Of a stretch of DNA of 64,000 nucleotides, positions 52,140-62,942 are shown one piece after another. The stretch comes from Anaerolineae bacterium (GTDB lineage: Bacteria; Chloroflexota; Anaerolineae; Aggregatilineales; JAFGMM01): assembly GCA_027494055.1 (NCBI GenBank), contig JAOSJO010000024.1:40219-104218 (forward strand), written 5' to 3'. Each line of letters begins with the position of its first letter. Position 1 is the first letter of the stretch. A program made the translations under genes and the position numbers. A model generated the notes under the pieces. It was not told the DNA's origin, searched no databases, and saw nothing but the letters and a program-made list of their open reading frames with translations.

Positions 52140-53153
52140 ATGATCAAGGTTGGAATCTACGGCGCGACGGGATACACCGGCATCGAGCTGGCGCGGCTGT
52201 TGTGGCGGCACCCGGAGGCGCAGGTTGCCTTTGCGACCTCGCAGAGCAACGCCGGCGGGACGCTTGCCGGGGTCTACCCGACCGCGCCGCCCCTCCCGCT
52301 CACCAGCCCCGACGAGGCCGACCCCGGCAGCGTGGACGCCGTCTTCCTGTGCCTGCCGCACACTGCCGCCGCGCCGGTCGCCGCCGCCGCCGTCTCCGCC
52401 GGGGCGCGCGCCATCGACCTTTCCGCCGACCTGCGCCTGGACTCGCCGGAGGTCTACCGGCAGTGGTACGGGGTGGCGCACCCTGCGCCGCACCTGTTGC
52501 CCGCGCCCTACGGCCTGCCGGAGATCAACCGCATCAACATTGCCGGCGCGCGCTGGGTCGCCAACCCCGGCTGCTACGCGACCGCGGTGCTGCTGGCAGT
52601 GTACCCGCTCATCAAGGCGAAGGCGCTGATGCCGAGCGCGCCGATCATCGCCGACGCGAAGTCCGGCGTCTCCGGCGCGGGCCGGACGCCCAAACTTACC
52701 ACGCACTTCGCCGAGGTCGCCGGGAACTTCTCGCCCTACAACATCGGGCGGGCGCACCGGCACGTGGCGGAGATCGAGCAGGAGCTGAACCGGAATGGCG
52801 GCGCGCCAGGGCCGTTGATCTTCTCGCCGCACCTGCTCCCGGTTGACCGGGGCATCCTCGCCACGGTCTACGCCCAGCTTGACCCCGACAACGCGCCCGC
52901 CGGCGCGTACCACACGCTCTACCAGGAGATGTACCGCGACGAGCCGCGCGTCCACGTGCTGCCGGCGGGCCAGCTCGCCACGCTGAGCCACGCGGTGCGC
53001 ACCTACGATTGCGTGCTCTCGCTCACGCCCGTGGACGAGTTCACGCTCATCATCGTCTCGGTGATCGACAACCTCCTCAAGGGCGCGGCGTCGCAGGCGG
53101 TGCAGAACTTCAACCTGATGTTTGGGCTATCAGAATCCTGCGGGCTGGAATAA
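52140..53153 (+). CDS. argC: N-acetyl-gamma-glutamyl-phosphate reductase
   Basis: GATGYTG, DLSADLRL, YGLPE, ANPGCY, SGVSGAGR, IDNLLKGAASQAVQN. Confidence 0.97.
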   Translation: MIKVGIYGATGYTGIELARLLWRHPEAQVAFATSQSNAGGTLAGVYPTAPPLPLTSPDEADPGSVDAVFLCLPHTAAAPVAAAAVSAGARAIDLSADLRLDSPEVYRQWYGVAHPAPHLLPAPYGLPEINRINIAGARWVANPGCYATAVLLAVYPLIKAKALMPSAPIIADAKSGVSGAGRTPKLTTHFAEVAGNFSPYNIGRAHRHVAEIEQELNRNGGAPGPLIFSPHLLPVDRGILATVYAQLDPDNAPAGAYHTLYQEMYRDEPRVHVLPAGQLATLSHAVRTYDCVLSLTPVDEFTLIIVSVIDNLLKGAASQAVQNFNLMFGLSESCGLE

Positions 53154-53180
53154 GCCCGCAGCCGTTGCTTACAGGAGGGC

Positions 53181-53936
53181 ATGATGCACCTGACCCCTAT
53201 TGTGATCAAAGTCGGCGGCAACGACCTGGAAGGCCCGGACTTCGTCGCGGGGCTGGCGCGGGCGGTCGCCCGCCTGGAAGCGCCCGCCGTGATCGTACAC
53301 GGCGGCGGGCGCGAGATCAGCGCCTTGCAGAGCCAGCTTGGCCTCGCGCCGCGCTACGTGGACGGTATGCGCGTCACCGACCCGGAGTCGCTGGCGGTGG
53401 CGGAGATGGTGCTGTCGGGCCGGGTGAACAAGCGGCTGGTGGCGGCGCTGCTGAAGGCGGGCGTGGACGCCATCGGCGTCAGCGGCGTGGACCGTGGCCT
53501 GATCCGCGTCGAGAAGATGGACCATCCCGGCGGCGACCTGGGGCGCGTGGGGCGCGTGGTCGCGGTGCGCGGTACCGTGCTCATGGAGTTCCTGGAGGCG
53601 GGCGTGACGCCGGTGATCTCGCCGATTTCGCTGGGGCCGGATGGGGCTTACAATGTGAACGCAGACCACGCCGCCGGGGCGATTGCGCTTGCCATCGGCG
53701 CATCGGCGGTGACCTTCATCACCAACGTGCCGGGCGTGCTGGTGGGCGCGCAGGTGGCGTCGTCGCTGACCGCCGTGCAGGCGGAGCAACTGATCCAGAC
53801 CGGCGTGATTCACGGCGGCATGGTGCCCAAGACGCATGCGGCGCTCCAGGTCGTGGCGGGCGGTGTGCCGCGCGCGGTCATCACCGACCTGGGCGGCCTG
53901 GCGGGCGGGGTCGGCACGGCCTTTGTCGCCGCGTAG
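53181..53936 (+). CDS. argB: Acetylglutamate kinase
   Basis: VIKVGG, VHGGG, GMRVTD, NVNAD, GGMVPK. Confidence 0.96.
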   Translation: MMHLTPIVIKVGGNDLEGPDFVAGLARAVARLEAPAVIVHGGGREISALQSQLGLAPRYVDGMRVTDPESLAVAEMVLSGRVNKRLVAALLKAGVDAIGVSGVDRGLIRVEKMDHPGGDLGRVGRVVAVRGTVLMEFLEAGVTPVISPISLGPDGAYNVNADHAAGAIALAIGASAVTFITNVPGVLVGAQVASSLTAVQAEQLIQTGVIHGGMVPKTHAALQVVAGGVPRAVITDLGGLAGGVGTAFVAA

Positions 53937-53982
53937 CGGTTTGTGTCTACGGGCTTCTTTTCGCATCCCACGAGGAGATTTC

Positions 53983-55171
53983 ATGAACGGCCACGATACC
54001 ATCGCGCTTGAGAAGCAATACGTTGTCCAAACCTACCCCAGAGCGCCCTTCGTCCTCACGCACGGCGAGGGCGTGATCGTCTACGACGCCGGCGGCAAAC
54101 CCTACCTGGACTTTGTCGCCGGCATTGCGGTCAACGCGCTGGGCCACGCCGATCCGGAGATCGGCCAGGTCATCGCCGAGCAGGCCGGCCGGCTGATCCA
54201 CACCTGCAACCTCTACCACACCGCGCCGCAGGCCGAGCTTGCGCGCGACCTGTGCGCGAAGAGCTTCGCGGACCGGGTCTACTTCTGCAACTCCGGCGCG
54301 GAGGCCATCGAGGCGGCGATCAAGTTCGCGCGCAAGGCGGCGCGCGTGCGCTACGGGCCGGGCAAGACCGGCGTGGTGGCCTTCCACGGGGCGTTTCACG
54401 GGCGCACGATGGGCGCGCTCGCGCTCACCGCGCGGGAGAAGTACCAGGCGCCGTACCGCCCGCTGATGCCCGACGTGACCTTTGCGCCGTTCAACGACGC
54501 TGAGGCGGCGGCGCGCGTCATCGGCCCGGACACGTGCGCGGTGTTCGTCGAGCCGATCCAGGGCGAGGGGGGCATCAACCCGGCGCAGCCTGCGTTCCTG
54601 CAGGCGCTGCGTGCGCTGTGCGACCGCTACGGGGCCTTTCTGGTCTTCGACGAGGTGCAGTGCGGCATGGGGCGCAGCGGCCACCTCTGGGCGCACGAGC
54701 CGGGCGGCGTCACGCCGGACATGATGGCGCTGGCGAAGCCGCTGGCCGGGGGCCTGCCCATCGGCGCGACGCTCGTGACCGAAGCGGTCGCGTCCACGCT
54801 TGAGGTGGGCGACCACGGGAGCACCTTCGCCGGCGGCCCGCTGGTGACGCGCGTGGCGCAGGTCGTCCTCGCGCGCGTGAGCGCGCCGGCGTTCCTGGCG
54901 CACGTGCGCGAGGTCGGCGGCTACCTGATGGACGAACTGCGCGCGCTCAAGTCGCCGCACATCAAGGAGGGTGCGCGGCGCGGGGCTGATGGTCGGCGTC
55001 GAGCTTGGCGTCGAGGCGATCAAGCTGGTCCATGCCGGGTATGAGGCTGGGCTGCTGCTGCTCAACGCCGGGACGCATGTGCTGCGGCTGGTGCCGCCGC
55101 TCATTGTGGAGAAGGAACACGTTGACGTGCTGGTTGGGCGGCTTGGCGAGCTGCTGGAGAGCGTAAGCTGA
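53983..55171 (+). CDS. argD: Acetylornithine aminotransferase (frameshift near 54970)
   Basis: YLDFVAGIAVNALGH, NSGAEA, FHGRT, EPIQGEGG, DEVQCG, AKPLAGG, HGSTFAG. Confidence 0.95.
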
Positions 55172-56422
55172 TGGCGGCGCGCGCGATACACCGGCCCATG
55201 GCGGCCATCGACGCCGCGCTCGGTGAGCTGGCGCAGGTGCGCGGCTTCAGCGCAGCGGGCGTGCACTGCGGCCTCAAAGCGGGCGACGCGCTCGACCTGG
55301 CGCTGCTGGCGAGCGACCGTCCCTGTGCGGCGGCGGGCGTCTTCACGACCAACCGCGTGAAGGCCGCGCCGGTGGTTTACGATCAGGCGGCGCTGGCGCA
55401 GGACGCGGGCAATATGCGCGCGGTCGTGGCGAACGCCGGCATCGCCAACGCCTGCACGGGGGCGGCGGGCTACGCGCACGTGGAACAGACCGTGCGCCTG
55501 GCGGCGGAGGCGCTTGGGGTCGCGCCGGCGGGCGTGCTGGCGCTCTCCACCGGCGTGATCGGGGTGCCGCTGGACATGGACAGGATGGCGCAGGGCGTCA
55601 CGGCGGCGGCGGGCCGGCTGCACGCCGCTGGCTGGCCGGACGCGGCGCGCGCCATCATGACGACCGATACGCGGCCCAAGGCGTCATGCCGGGCGGCCGG
55701 CGGGTGGCGCGTCGGGGGCGTCGCCAAGGGCGCGGGCATGATCGCGCCGGACATGGCGACGATGCTGGCGGTCCTGGTCACCGACGCGCAGATCGCGCCG
55801 CCGGACCTGCAGCGGGCGCTGGCGGCGGCGGTTGCGGTCAGCTTCAACCGCATCGTGGTCGATGGCGACATGAGCACCAACGACACGGTGCTGCTGCTCG
55901 CCAACGGCGCGTCGGGTGTGGCGGTTGCGGGCGACGCGCTGGGCGCGTTCCAGGCGGCGCTGACCGAGGTGTGTGTCGCGCTGGCGCAGGACATCGTGCG
56001 CGACGCCGAGGGCGCAACGCGCTTCGTGACGCTGCGCGTGACCGGCGCGCCCGACGTGGACAGCGCGCGGCAGGCGGCGCACGCGGTGGCGACCTCGCCC
56101 CTGGTCAAGACGGCGCTCTACGGCGGCGATCCGAACTGGGGCAGGGTGCTGGCCGCGGTTGGGCGCAGCGGCGTGCCGGTGGAGGCGGACCGGCTATCGC
56201 TTGATGTTGACTTCGTGTAGTGATGAGACAACGGCCCAGACGGTCCAACTGGTCGCGGGCGGCGCGCCGACCGGCTACGATGAGGCGAAAGCCGTCCAGT
56301 TGATGGGCGCGCCGGAGATCGCGCTGACGCTCGACCTGGGGATGGGCGAGGCAGAGGCGACGGTGTGGACCTGCGACCTGAGCCACGACTACGTGACGAT
56401 CAACGGCCACTACCGGACGTAG
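55171..56422 (+). CDS. argJ: Bifunctional ornithine acetyltransferase ArgJ (frameshift near 56210)
   Basis: FTTN..AAPV, ANACTG, STGVIG, MTTDT, KGAGMIAPDMATML, DGDMSTND, TCDLSHDYVTINGHYRT. Confidence 0.96.
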
Positions 56423-56451
56423 CAGACACGCACGCGCAACAAGGCACAACG

Positions 56452-56481
56452 ACAGGGGCGCGGCGCACGCTGCGCCCCTAT
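56452..56481. repeat. REP-like palindrome / bidirectional terminator
   Basis: aggggcgcggcgcacgctgcgccccta between convergent genes. Confidence 0.55.
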
Positions 56482-56495
56482 TTTGTTGGCCGCGC

Positions 56496-57794
56496 CTACC
56501 AGCTTGTGACCCATAACGCCTGACGCCCCAGCCGCGCCCAGTCGGCCTCAAAGCGGGCGTTGGTGAAGTAATCGACGCTGCCCGACCACGGGTCGATGGC
56601 CCAGAAGCCGTCCGTGTCGTACCCGATGAGCACGTAGGAGTGCTGGTAGCGGATGATGGTCACCGAGCCACCGTCGCCGTCGGTGGGCGTGAAGGCGATG
56701 GGCTGCTGGCCGTAAGCGCCGAGGCCGTGCGTCGCCATGATGAGCACGGGGACGCCCTGCGAGAGCAGGCCGCGCAGCGTGTCCAGGCTGGCGAAGTACG
56801 TGTAATAGCTGGCGACGCCCAGGCTGCGCAGCCCGTAGCTCAGCGCTTCGACGTAGACGCCGTAACCGTTCCCCTGGCCCAGGCCGGGCGGCAGGCTGCC
56901 GGCGGGGCTATCGACCGAGCCGACGAAGCCCCGGTGCGGGTTGTCGAACGAGCGCGGCAGCGCGGCGAACACCACCATGTCGTCGCTGCACGAGTAGCCC
57001 ATGTAGCGCAGCAGGCTGCACGCGGAGGCGCTCTCGCAGCTCAGGTTGCGCGACTGCTTGACGACCGGCACGTCGAGATACACGCGCCCCTGATCGAGTG
57101 GGCCGGTCACGCCGGGGATGGTGAGCGTCTGCCCGGCGTAGATGCGGTTGGGGTCGGCGATGCCGTTGGCCGACATCACGGCGCTGACCGTGACCCCGTA
57201 GCGCTGCGCGATGCGGCCAAGCGTCTCGCCGCGCCCGACAGTATGCTGCACGCTGACGCTCGTGTCCACGGCGGCGACGGCCGGCTCCTGCGCGTCCCCG
57301 GCGGAAGGGAGCGGCGCGGCGGTGTTCGTCGCCGGTATGGTGAGCGTCTGCCCGGCGTAGATGCGGTTCGCGTTGTCGATCCCGTTCGCCTCCAGGATGG
57401 CGTTGATCGTCAGGCCATACTGCCGCGCGATGCTGAAGAGGGTCTCCCCGCGCGCGACCGTGTGCGTGGTCCCGCCAGCCGCCGCCTCTGGCGCGGCTTC
57501 CGGCGCAGCCGGTTCGGTAGCGGGCGCAGCGTCGGGCTGCGCGGCAGGGGACGCGCTCGCGGCGGCGGCGCCAGACGGGATGACGAGCACCTGCCCGGCG
57601 TAGACGACGTTTGGGCTGCTCAGCCCGTTGGCGGCCATGAGGTCGTTCACGGTGACGCCGTAGCGCATCGCGATGCGGAACAGGTTCTCGCCCGGCTGCA
57701 CGACATGCGTCTGTTCCGTCCCCTCCTGCGCGGAGACGGGGATCGCCGCAAGGATGGCCGCAACGATAAACAGTGCGCAGAGCATACCGCGCAT
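56496..57794 (-). CDS. Secreted protein with three LysM domains and a C39-like peptidase
   Basis: Three HxVxxGExLxxIAxxYG..NG..YAGQxLxIP repeats; LDVPVVKQ..LSCE..NPHRGFVG..QHSYVLIGYD..IDP. Confidence 0.9.
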   Translation of the reverse strand: MRGMLCALFIVAAILAAIPVSAQEGTEQTHVVQPGENLFRIAMRYGVTVNDLMAANGLSSPNVVYAGQVLVIPSGAAAASASPAAQPDAAPATEPAAPEAAPEAAAGGTTHTVARGETLFSIARQYGLTINAILEANGIDNANRIYAGQTLTIPATNTAAPLPSAGDAQEPAVAAVDTSVSVQHTVGRGETLGRIAQRYGVTVSAVMSANGIADPNRIYAGQTLTIPGVTGPLDQGRVYLDVPVVKQSRNLSCESASACSLLRYMGYSCSDDMVVFAALPRSFDNPHRGFVGSVDSPAGSLPPGLGQGNGYGVYVEALSYGLRSLGVASYYTYFASLDTLRGLLSQGVPVLIMATHGLGAYGQQPIAFTPTDGDGGSVTIIRYQHSYVLIGYDTDGFWAIDPWSGSVDYFTNARFEADWARLGRQALWVTSW

Positions 57795-58093
57795 GGTTGC
57801 CCTCCGATGATCTATCGGGTGTGCGTTTGTCGTGGGGGGTCGGTTGAAGTACATCGCCACTTTACACCGAGATCACGCTTTCGACAAATCTTCGATGCAC
57901 GAATTGTGCCCTGATAGGCGCGCCGACGCAGCAAGCGTCCGCGTCTTGCCTTGAGGTACCTGTTCACCTCATGGCTCCTATACACAGAATTGTTTACACC
58001 TTATAATGGCATTGAGGGCTTCAGCGATCTGAGGCGAAGTGGTTACTCGTTTCGTCTTTCCTTAATTCCTGCTTAACCTCACGCAAAGGGATA

Positions 58094-58951
58094 ATGATGC
58101 GCACCAGCCTTACTTCTCTCCTTTCCGGACGACGCCTGACCTTGCTCTGCCTCATCCTCGCGCTTGCGCTGCTCGCGCAGGTCCCGGCAGTGACCGCGAA
58201 CACGGTCGGTGCGGTGACGATCACGCTGTCAGACTTCGTGCTTCCGACCGCGCCTTTCTGCAACGATTTTCAATGGCTCAGCAACTCCTTGAACGTCACT
58301 GTTACGGACAACTCGGTCGTTGATATCTACGCGCACGCGGTATCGCTCATTTCAGGATCGATGCTCTATGAGCAGTACTTGACGACGGTGGCCGGCCCGG
58401 ATGCGATATCCGACTCCAACTACGGGCTGTTCGGTTTCAGCAGTGATCTTCCCGACTCGCAGCGGATGGTCGTCATTTACTACGACCCGGTCAGCGGCGC
58501 GCAGGATGCCTACCTCATTGACTGCCAGACCGGCGAGTTTATCCATCCTTACGGCATGGCCGGAGAGACCTGCGTGACGACGGTGAACTTCGTCAGCGCG
58601 GACGTGGCTCCGGTCACCGGCTCCCTGGAGATCCGCACGCACTTCGGCGCGCTGTTCCGGCCAGAGGGGCGCACGGCGGGGACGATACCGACCGTCAGGG
58701 GGGAACGGACCATTGGCGCGGTCACGGTGGACTGCGGGACCTACGTGCGCGCCTGGCTCTATGACAGCGCCGGCAACCTGGTCGGCTTGGTGCCAAGCCA
58801 GTACTACCAGGGCGACGGCGTGTTCGAATACGGTGTGGACGACTATGGCGCTGCGCCGGGTGGGGCCGATTATTACGGCGCCTACGCCGACATCTTCGAG
58901 GCGACCGACACGCTTGAGGAAGCGCCTTCGTTTGCGGGCGGCGGCGAGTGA
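58094..58951 (+). CDS. Hypothetical secreted protein
   Basis: Signal peptide ending AVTA; beta-rich acidic body; terminator at 58980-59010. Confidence 0.7.
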   Translation: MMRTSLTSLLSGRRLTLLCLILALALLAQVPAVTANTVGAVTITLSDFVLPTAPFCNDFQWLSNSLNVTVTDNSVVDIYAHAVSLISGSMLYEQYLTTVAGPDAISDSNYGLFGFSSDLPDSQRMVVIYYDPVSGAQDAYLIDCQTGEFIHPYGMAGETCVTTVNFVSADVAPVTGSLEIRTHFGALFRPEGRTAGTIPTVRGERTIGAVTVDCGTYVRAWLYDSAGNLVGLVPSQYYQGDGVFEYGVDDYGAAPGGADYYGAYADIFEATDTLEEAPSFAGGGE

Positions 58952-58979
58952 CACGTCACGCGCTGTGAGCGCCGGCTCC

Positions 58980-59010
58980 GAGGCCCCCGCAATGGGGGCC
59001 TCTTTGTTTG
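58980..59010 (+). terminator. Intrinsic terminator
   Basis: gaggccccc-gcaat-gggggcctc-tttgtttg. Confidence 0.75.
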
Positions 59011-59085
59011 TGGGGCCGCTTTTCGGGGCAGTGCGTGATGGTATAATCAGGATAAGAGCAGTTACGATGGATTAAGGAAGCGGAC

Positions 59086-61515
59086 ATGCGCGTAGCCGAA
59101 ATCTTTGAGACGATGACCTACGGCCCGGCCCCGGAGTCGGCGGCGAACGCCGAGGCGTGGCTCGACGCGCACGCACGGCAGTTTGAGCTGTTCATCAATA
59201 ACGAGTGGACGCCCCCCGCCGGCGGCGACTACTACGACAGCGTCAACCCCTCCACCGGCGGCGTGATGGCGCGCACCGCGCAGGCGACCGAGGACGACCT
59301 GGAGCGCGCGGTCAAGGCAGCGCGCAAGGCCTTCGGCGCGTGGAGCCAGACGCCCGGCCACGTGCGCGCGCTACCTCTACGCCATCGCGCGCCACATCCA
59401 GAAGCACAGCCGGCTGCTGGCGGTGCTCGAATCGATGGACAACGGCAAGCCCATCCGCGAGTCGCGCGACATCGACGTGCCCGTGGTGGCCCGGCACTTC
59501 TACCACCACGTCGGCTGGGCGCAGTTGATGGACGCCGAACTGGCCGACATGGCCCCGGTCGGCGTGGTGGGGCAGATCACGCCGTGGAACTTCCCGCTGC
59601 TCATGATCGCGTGGAAGGTTGCGCCGGCGCTGGCGATGGGCAACACCGTCATCCTCAAGCCGGCGAGCTACACGCGCCTGACCGCGCTCGCCTTCGCCGA
59701 GATCGTGCGCGACGTCGGCCTGCCGCCGGGCGTGGTCAACGTCGTAACCGGCAGCAGCAGGATCGGCCAGGCGATGGTGACGCACCCCGGCATCGACAAG
59801 ATCGCCTTCACCGGCTCCACCGAGGTCGGGCGCTGGATCCGCGAGGCGGCGGCGGGGTCGGGCAAGCGGCTGTCGCTGGAACTTGGCGGCAAGTCGCCCT
59901 TTATCGTCTTCGAGGACGCCGACCTCGACAGCGCGATTGAGGGCATCGTGGACGCGATCTGGTTCAACCAGGGCGAGGTCTGCTGCGCGGGGTCGCGCCT
60001 GCTCGTCCAGGAGAGCATCGCCGACCGCTTCCTCGACAGGCTGCGCGCGCGGATGGAGAAGCTGCGCGTGGGCGACGCGCTCGACAAGGGTGTGGACATC
60101 GGCGCGATTGTGTCGCCGGGCCAGAAGGAGACCATCCAGCGCTACATCGACATCGGCGTCGCCGAGGGCGCGACGCTCTGGCAGCCGTCGTGCCCGCTGC
60201 CGGAGAACGGCTACTTCCTCCGGCCCACCCTGCTGACCAACGTCGAGCCGGCCTCGACCGTGGCGCAGGACGAAATCTTCGGGCCGGTGTTGGTGTCGAT
60301 GACGTTCCGCGACCCGGCGGAGGCGGTCGCGCTGGCGAACAACACCCGCTTCGGCCTGGCGGCGAGCGTGTGGAGCGAGAACATCAACCTGGCGCTGCAC
60401 GTCGCGAAGCAGATCAAAGCCGGAACGCTGTGGATCAACTGCACCAACCGCTTCGACGGCAACTCAGGCTTTGGTGGCTACCGCGAGAGCGGGTACGGGC
60501 GCGAGGGCGGCTACGAGGGCCTGTTCGAGTACGTCCAGCCGGCGTGGCAGGTGCACAAGCCGAAGGCGAGCCGCAAGAAAGCGGAGCCGTCATCGAACGG
60601 GGCCGAACCCCCGGCCACCGCAGCGAACGGGAACGGCGCGGCCGGCTGGCCGCCCATCGACCGCACGCCGAAGATGTACATCGGCGGCAAGCAGGTCCGG
60701 CCCGACCAGGGCTACGTCCGGCCCGTGCTGGGTCCCAACGGGGCCAACGGCGCGGAGGCACCGCTGGTCGGCCAGGTCGCCGAGGGCAACCGCAAGGACA
60801 TCCGCAACGCGGTGGAGGCGGCGCACAAGGCGGCGGGCTGGGCGGACCGGACCGCGCACAACCGCGCGCAGGTTATCTACTACATCGCCGAGAACCTGGC
60901 CGCGCGCGCGGACGAGTTCGCGCGGCGCATCGTCCAGATGACGGGCTGTCCCATCGAGGACGCGCGCGCCGAGGTGGAGGCTGCCGTGTCGCGCCTCTTC
61001 AGCTACGGCGCGTGGGCGGACAAGTTCGAGGGGCGCGTGCACGAGACCGATTTCGACGGCCTCGTCCTTGCCACACACGAGCCGGTCGGCGTGGTCGGCA
61101 TCGCGTGCCCGGACGAGATGCCGCTGCTGGGGTTCATCTCGCTCGTCGCGCCGGCCATCGCGGTCGGGAACACGGTCGTCGCCGTCCCTCCGAGCCGCAC
61201 CCGCTCAGCGCCACCGATCTGTACCAGGTGTTCGACACCTCTGACGTGCCCGGCGGCGTGATCAACATCGTTACCGGCGGGCGCGCCCTGCTCGCCAAAG
61301 TGCTGGCGGAACACAACGACGTGGACGCGATGTGGTACTTCGGCACGCCGGAGGGCAGCAAGGTGGTCGAGCTGGCTTCGGTGGGCAACCTCAAGCGCAC
61401 GTGGGTGAACAACGGTCGCGAGCGCGACTGGATGGACCCGGTGCAGGGCGAGGGCCGCGAGTTCCTGCGCCATGCCGTGCAGGTCAAGAACATCTGGGCG
61501 CCGTATGGGGAGTAG
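59086..61515 (+). CDS. Two-domain aldehyde dehydrogenase (ALDH16-like), frameshifts near 59370 and 61190
   Basis: [39 protein letters not shown], then second Rossmann-like domain [25 protein letters not shown]. Confidence 0.9.
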
Positions 61516-61589
61516 GGGTTAACCACAGAGGCACAGAAAGCGCATCTGTTCGCCTTTCCTCCTCCATGCGGCGTCGTGCTGCGTTTTTC

Positions 61590-61673
61590 GTAGCCCGCCG
61601 GCTGAAGCCGGCGGTTAATCGCAGAATGACGCCCCAAGAATAACGAATTAGCCCGCGGCTTCAGTCGCGGGGA
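61590..61673. repeat. Inverted REP doublet (GGCTTCAGCC-type)
   Basis: ccgccggctgaagccggcggttaat and attagcccgcggcttcagtcgcggg in opposite orientation. Confidence 0.65.
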
Positions 61674-61686
61674 TCAGAATTTCGCG

Positions 61687-62076
61687 ATGGTGCTTACCTG
61701 GCTGCTGAGCAAAATCCGGACGGCGCGCATCGTGCGCGGGCTGCAGGACGAGGACGGTTGGGTCACCTGGTACCTTGTGGCCGGCGACGAGGGTGAGGGC
61801 GGCGAAATCTGCTCGGCGCAGGTCGTCGAGTGGTCCGACTCGCTACGCTACCGCGCGCTGGAGACCTTCGCCGTTGCAGCGCGCGAGATGGGCTACCACC
61901 TCCACTCTGAAGACCTGCGCACGTTCGGCGCGGGCCTTGACCTGAACGCGCCGATGCGGCCACCCGCGCCGCCCCCCAGAAGCGCCCCCCCGGCCCGGCC
62001 CGGACGCCGCCCCCCCCCGCCCGAAGGGGGGGGGGGGGGGGGGGGGACCCGCGCAGGGGTCGCCCGCCGTCGCTGA
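61687..62076 (+). CDS. Hypothetical protein (3' end in unreliable homopolymeric sequence)
   Basis: First ~88 codons look protein-like; later poly-C/poly-G runs. Confidence 0.45.
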   Translation: MVLTWLLSKIRTARIVRGLQDEDGWVTWYLVAGDEGEGGEICSAQVVEWSDSLRYRALETFAVAAREMGYHLHSEDLRTFGAGLDLNAPMRPPAPPPRSAPPARPGRRPPPPEGGGGGGGTRAGVARRR

Positions 62077-62105
62077 CCGCGCAGCGCCGGATGCGATCCA
62101 AAACG

Positions 62106-62132
62106 CGCAGGGGCACGCCGACCGTGCCCCTG
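62106..62132. repeat. REP-like palindrome
   Basis: gcaggggcacgccgaccgtgcccctg. Confidence 0.55.
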
Positions 62133-62158
62133 TTGTTGTCAAACTGGCGGGGAGGCGC

Positions 62159-62875
<717 letters not shown>

Positions 62876-62942
62876 CAGATCACAAGCTCCTTGATAGCGG
62901 TCTCCACGCGGGTGGATGAACGGGCGGTTTGTCCCTGCCTCG

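Noticed and set aside
61955-62075. 21-G run (62026-62046) and C-runs as a phase-variation tract or G-quadruplex
   Set aside because: The surrounding sequence looks degraded; probably a low-quality consensus and cannot be supported without reads.
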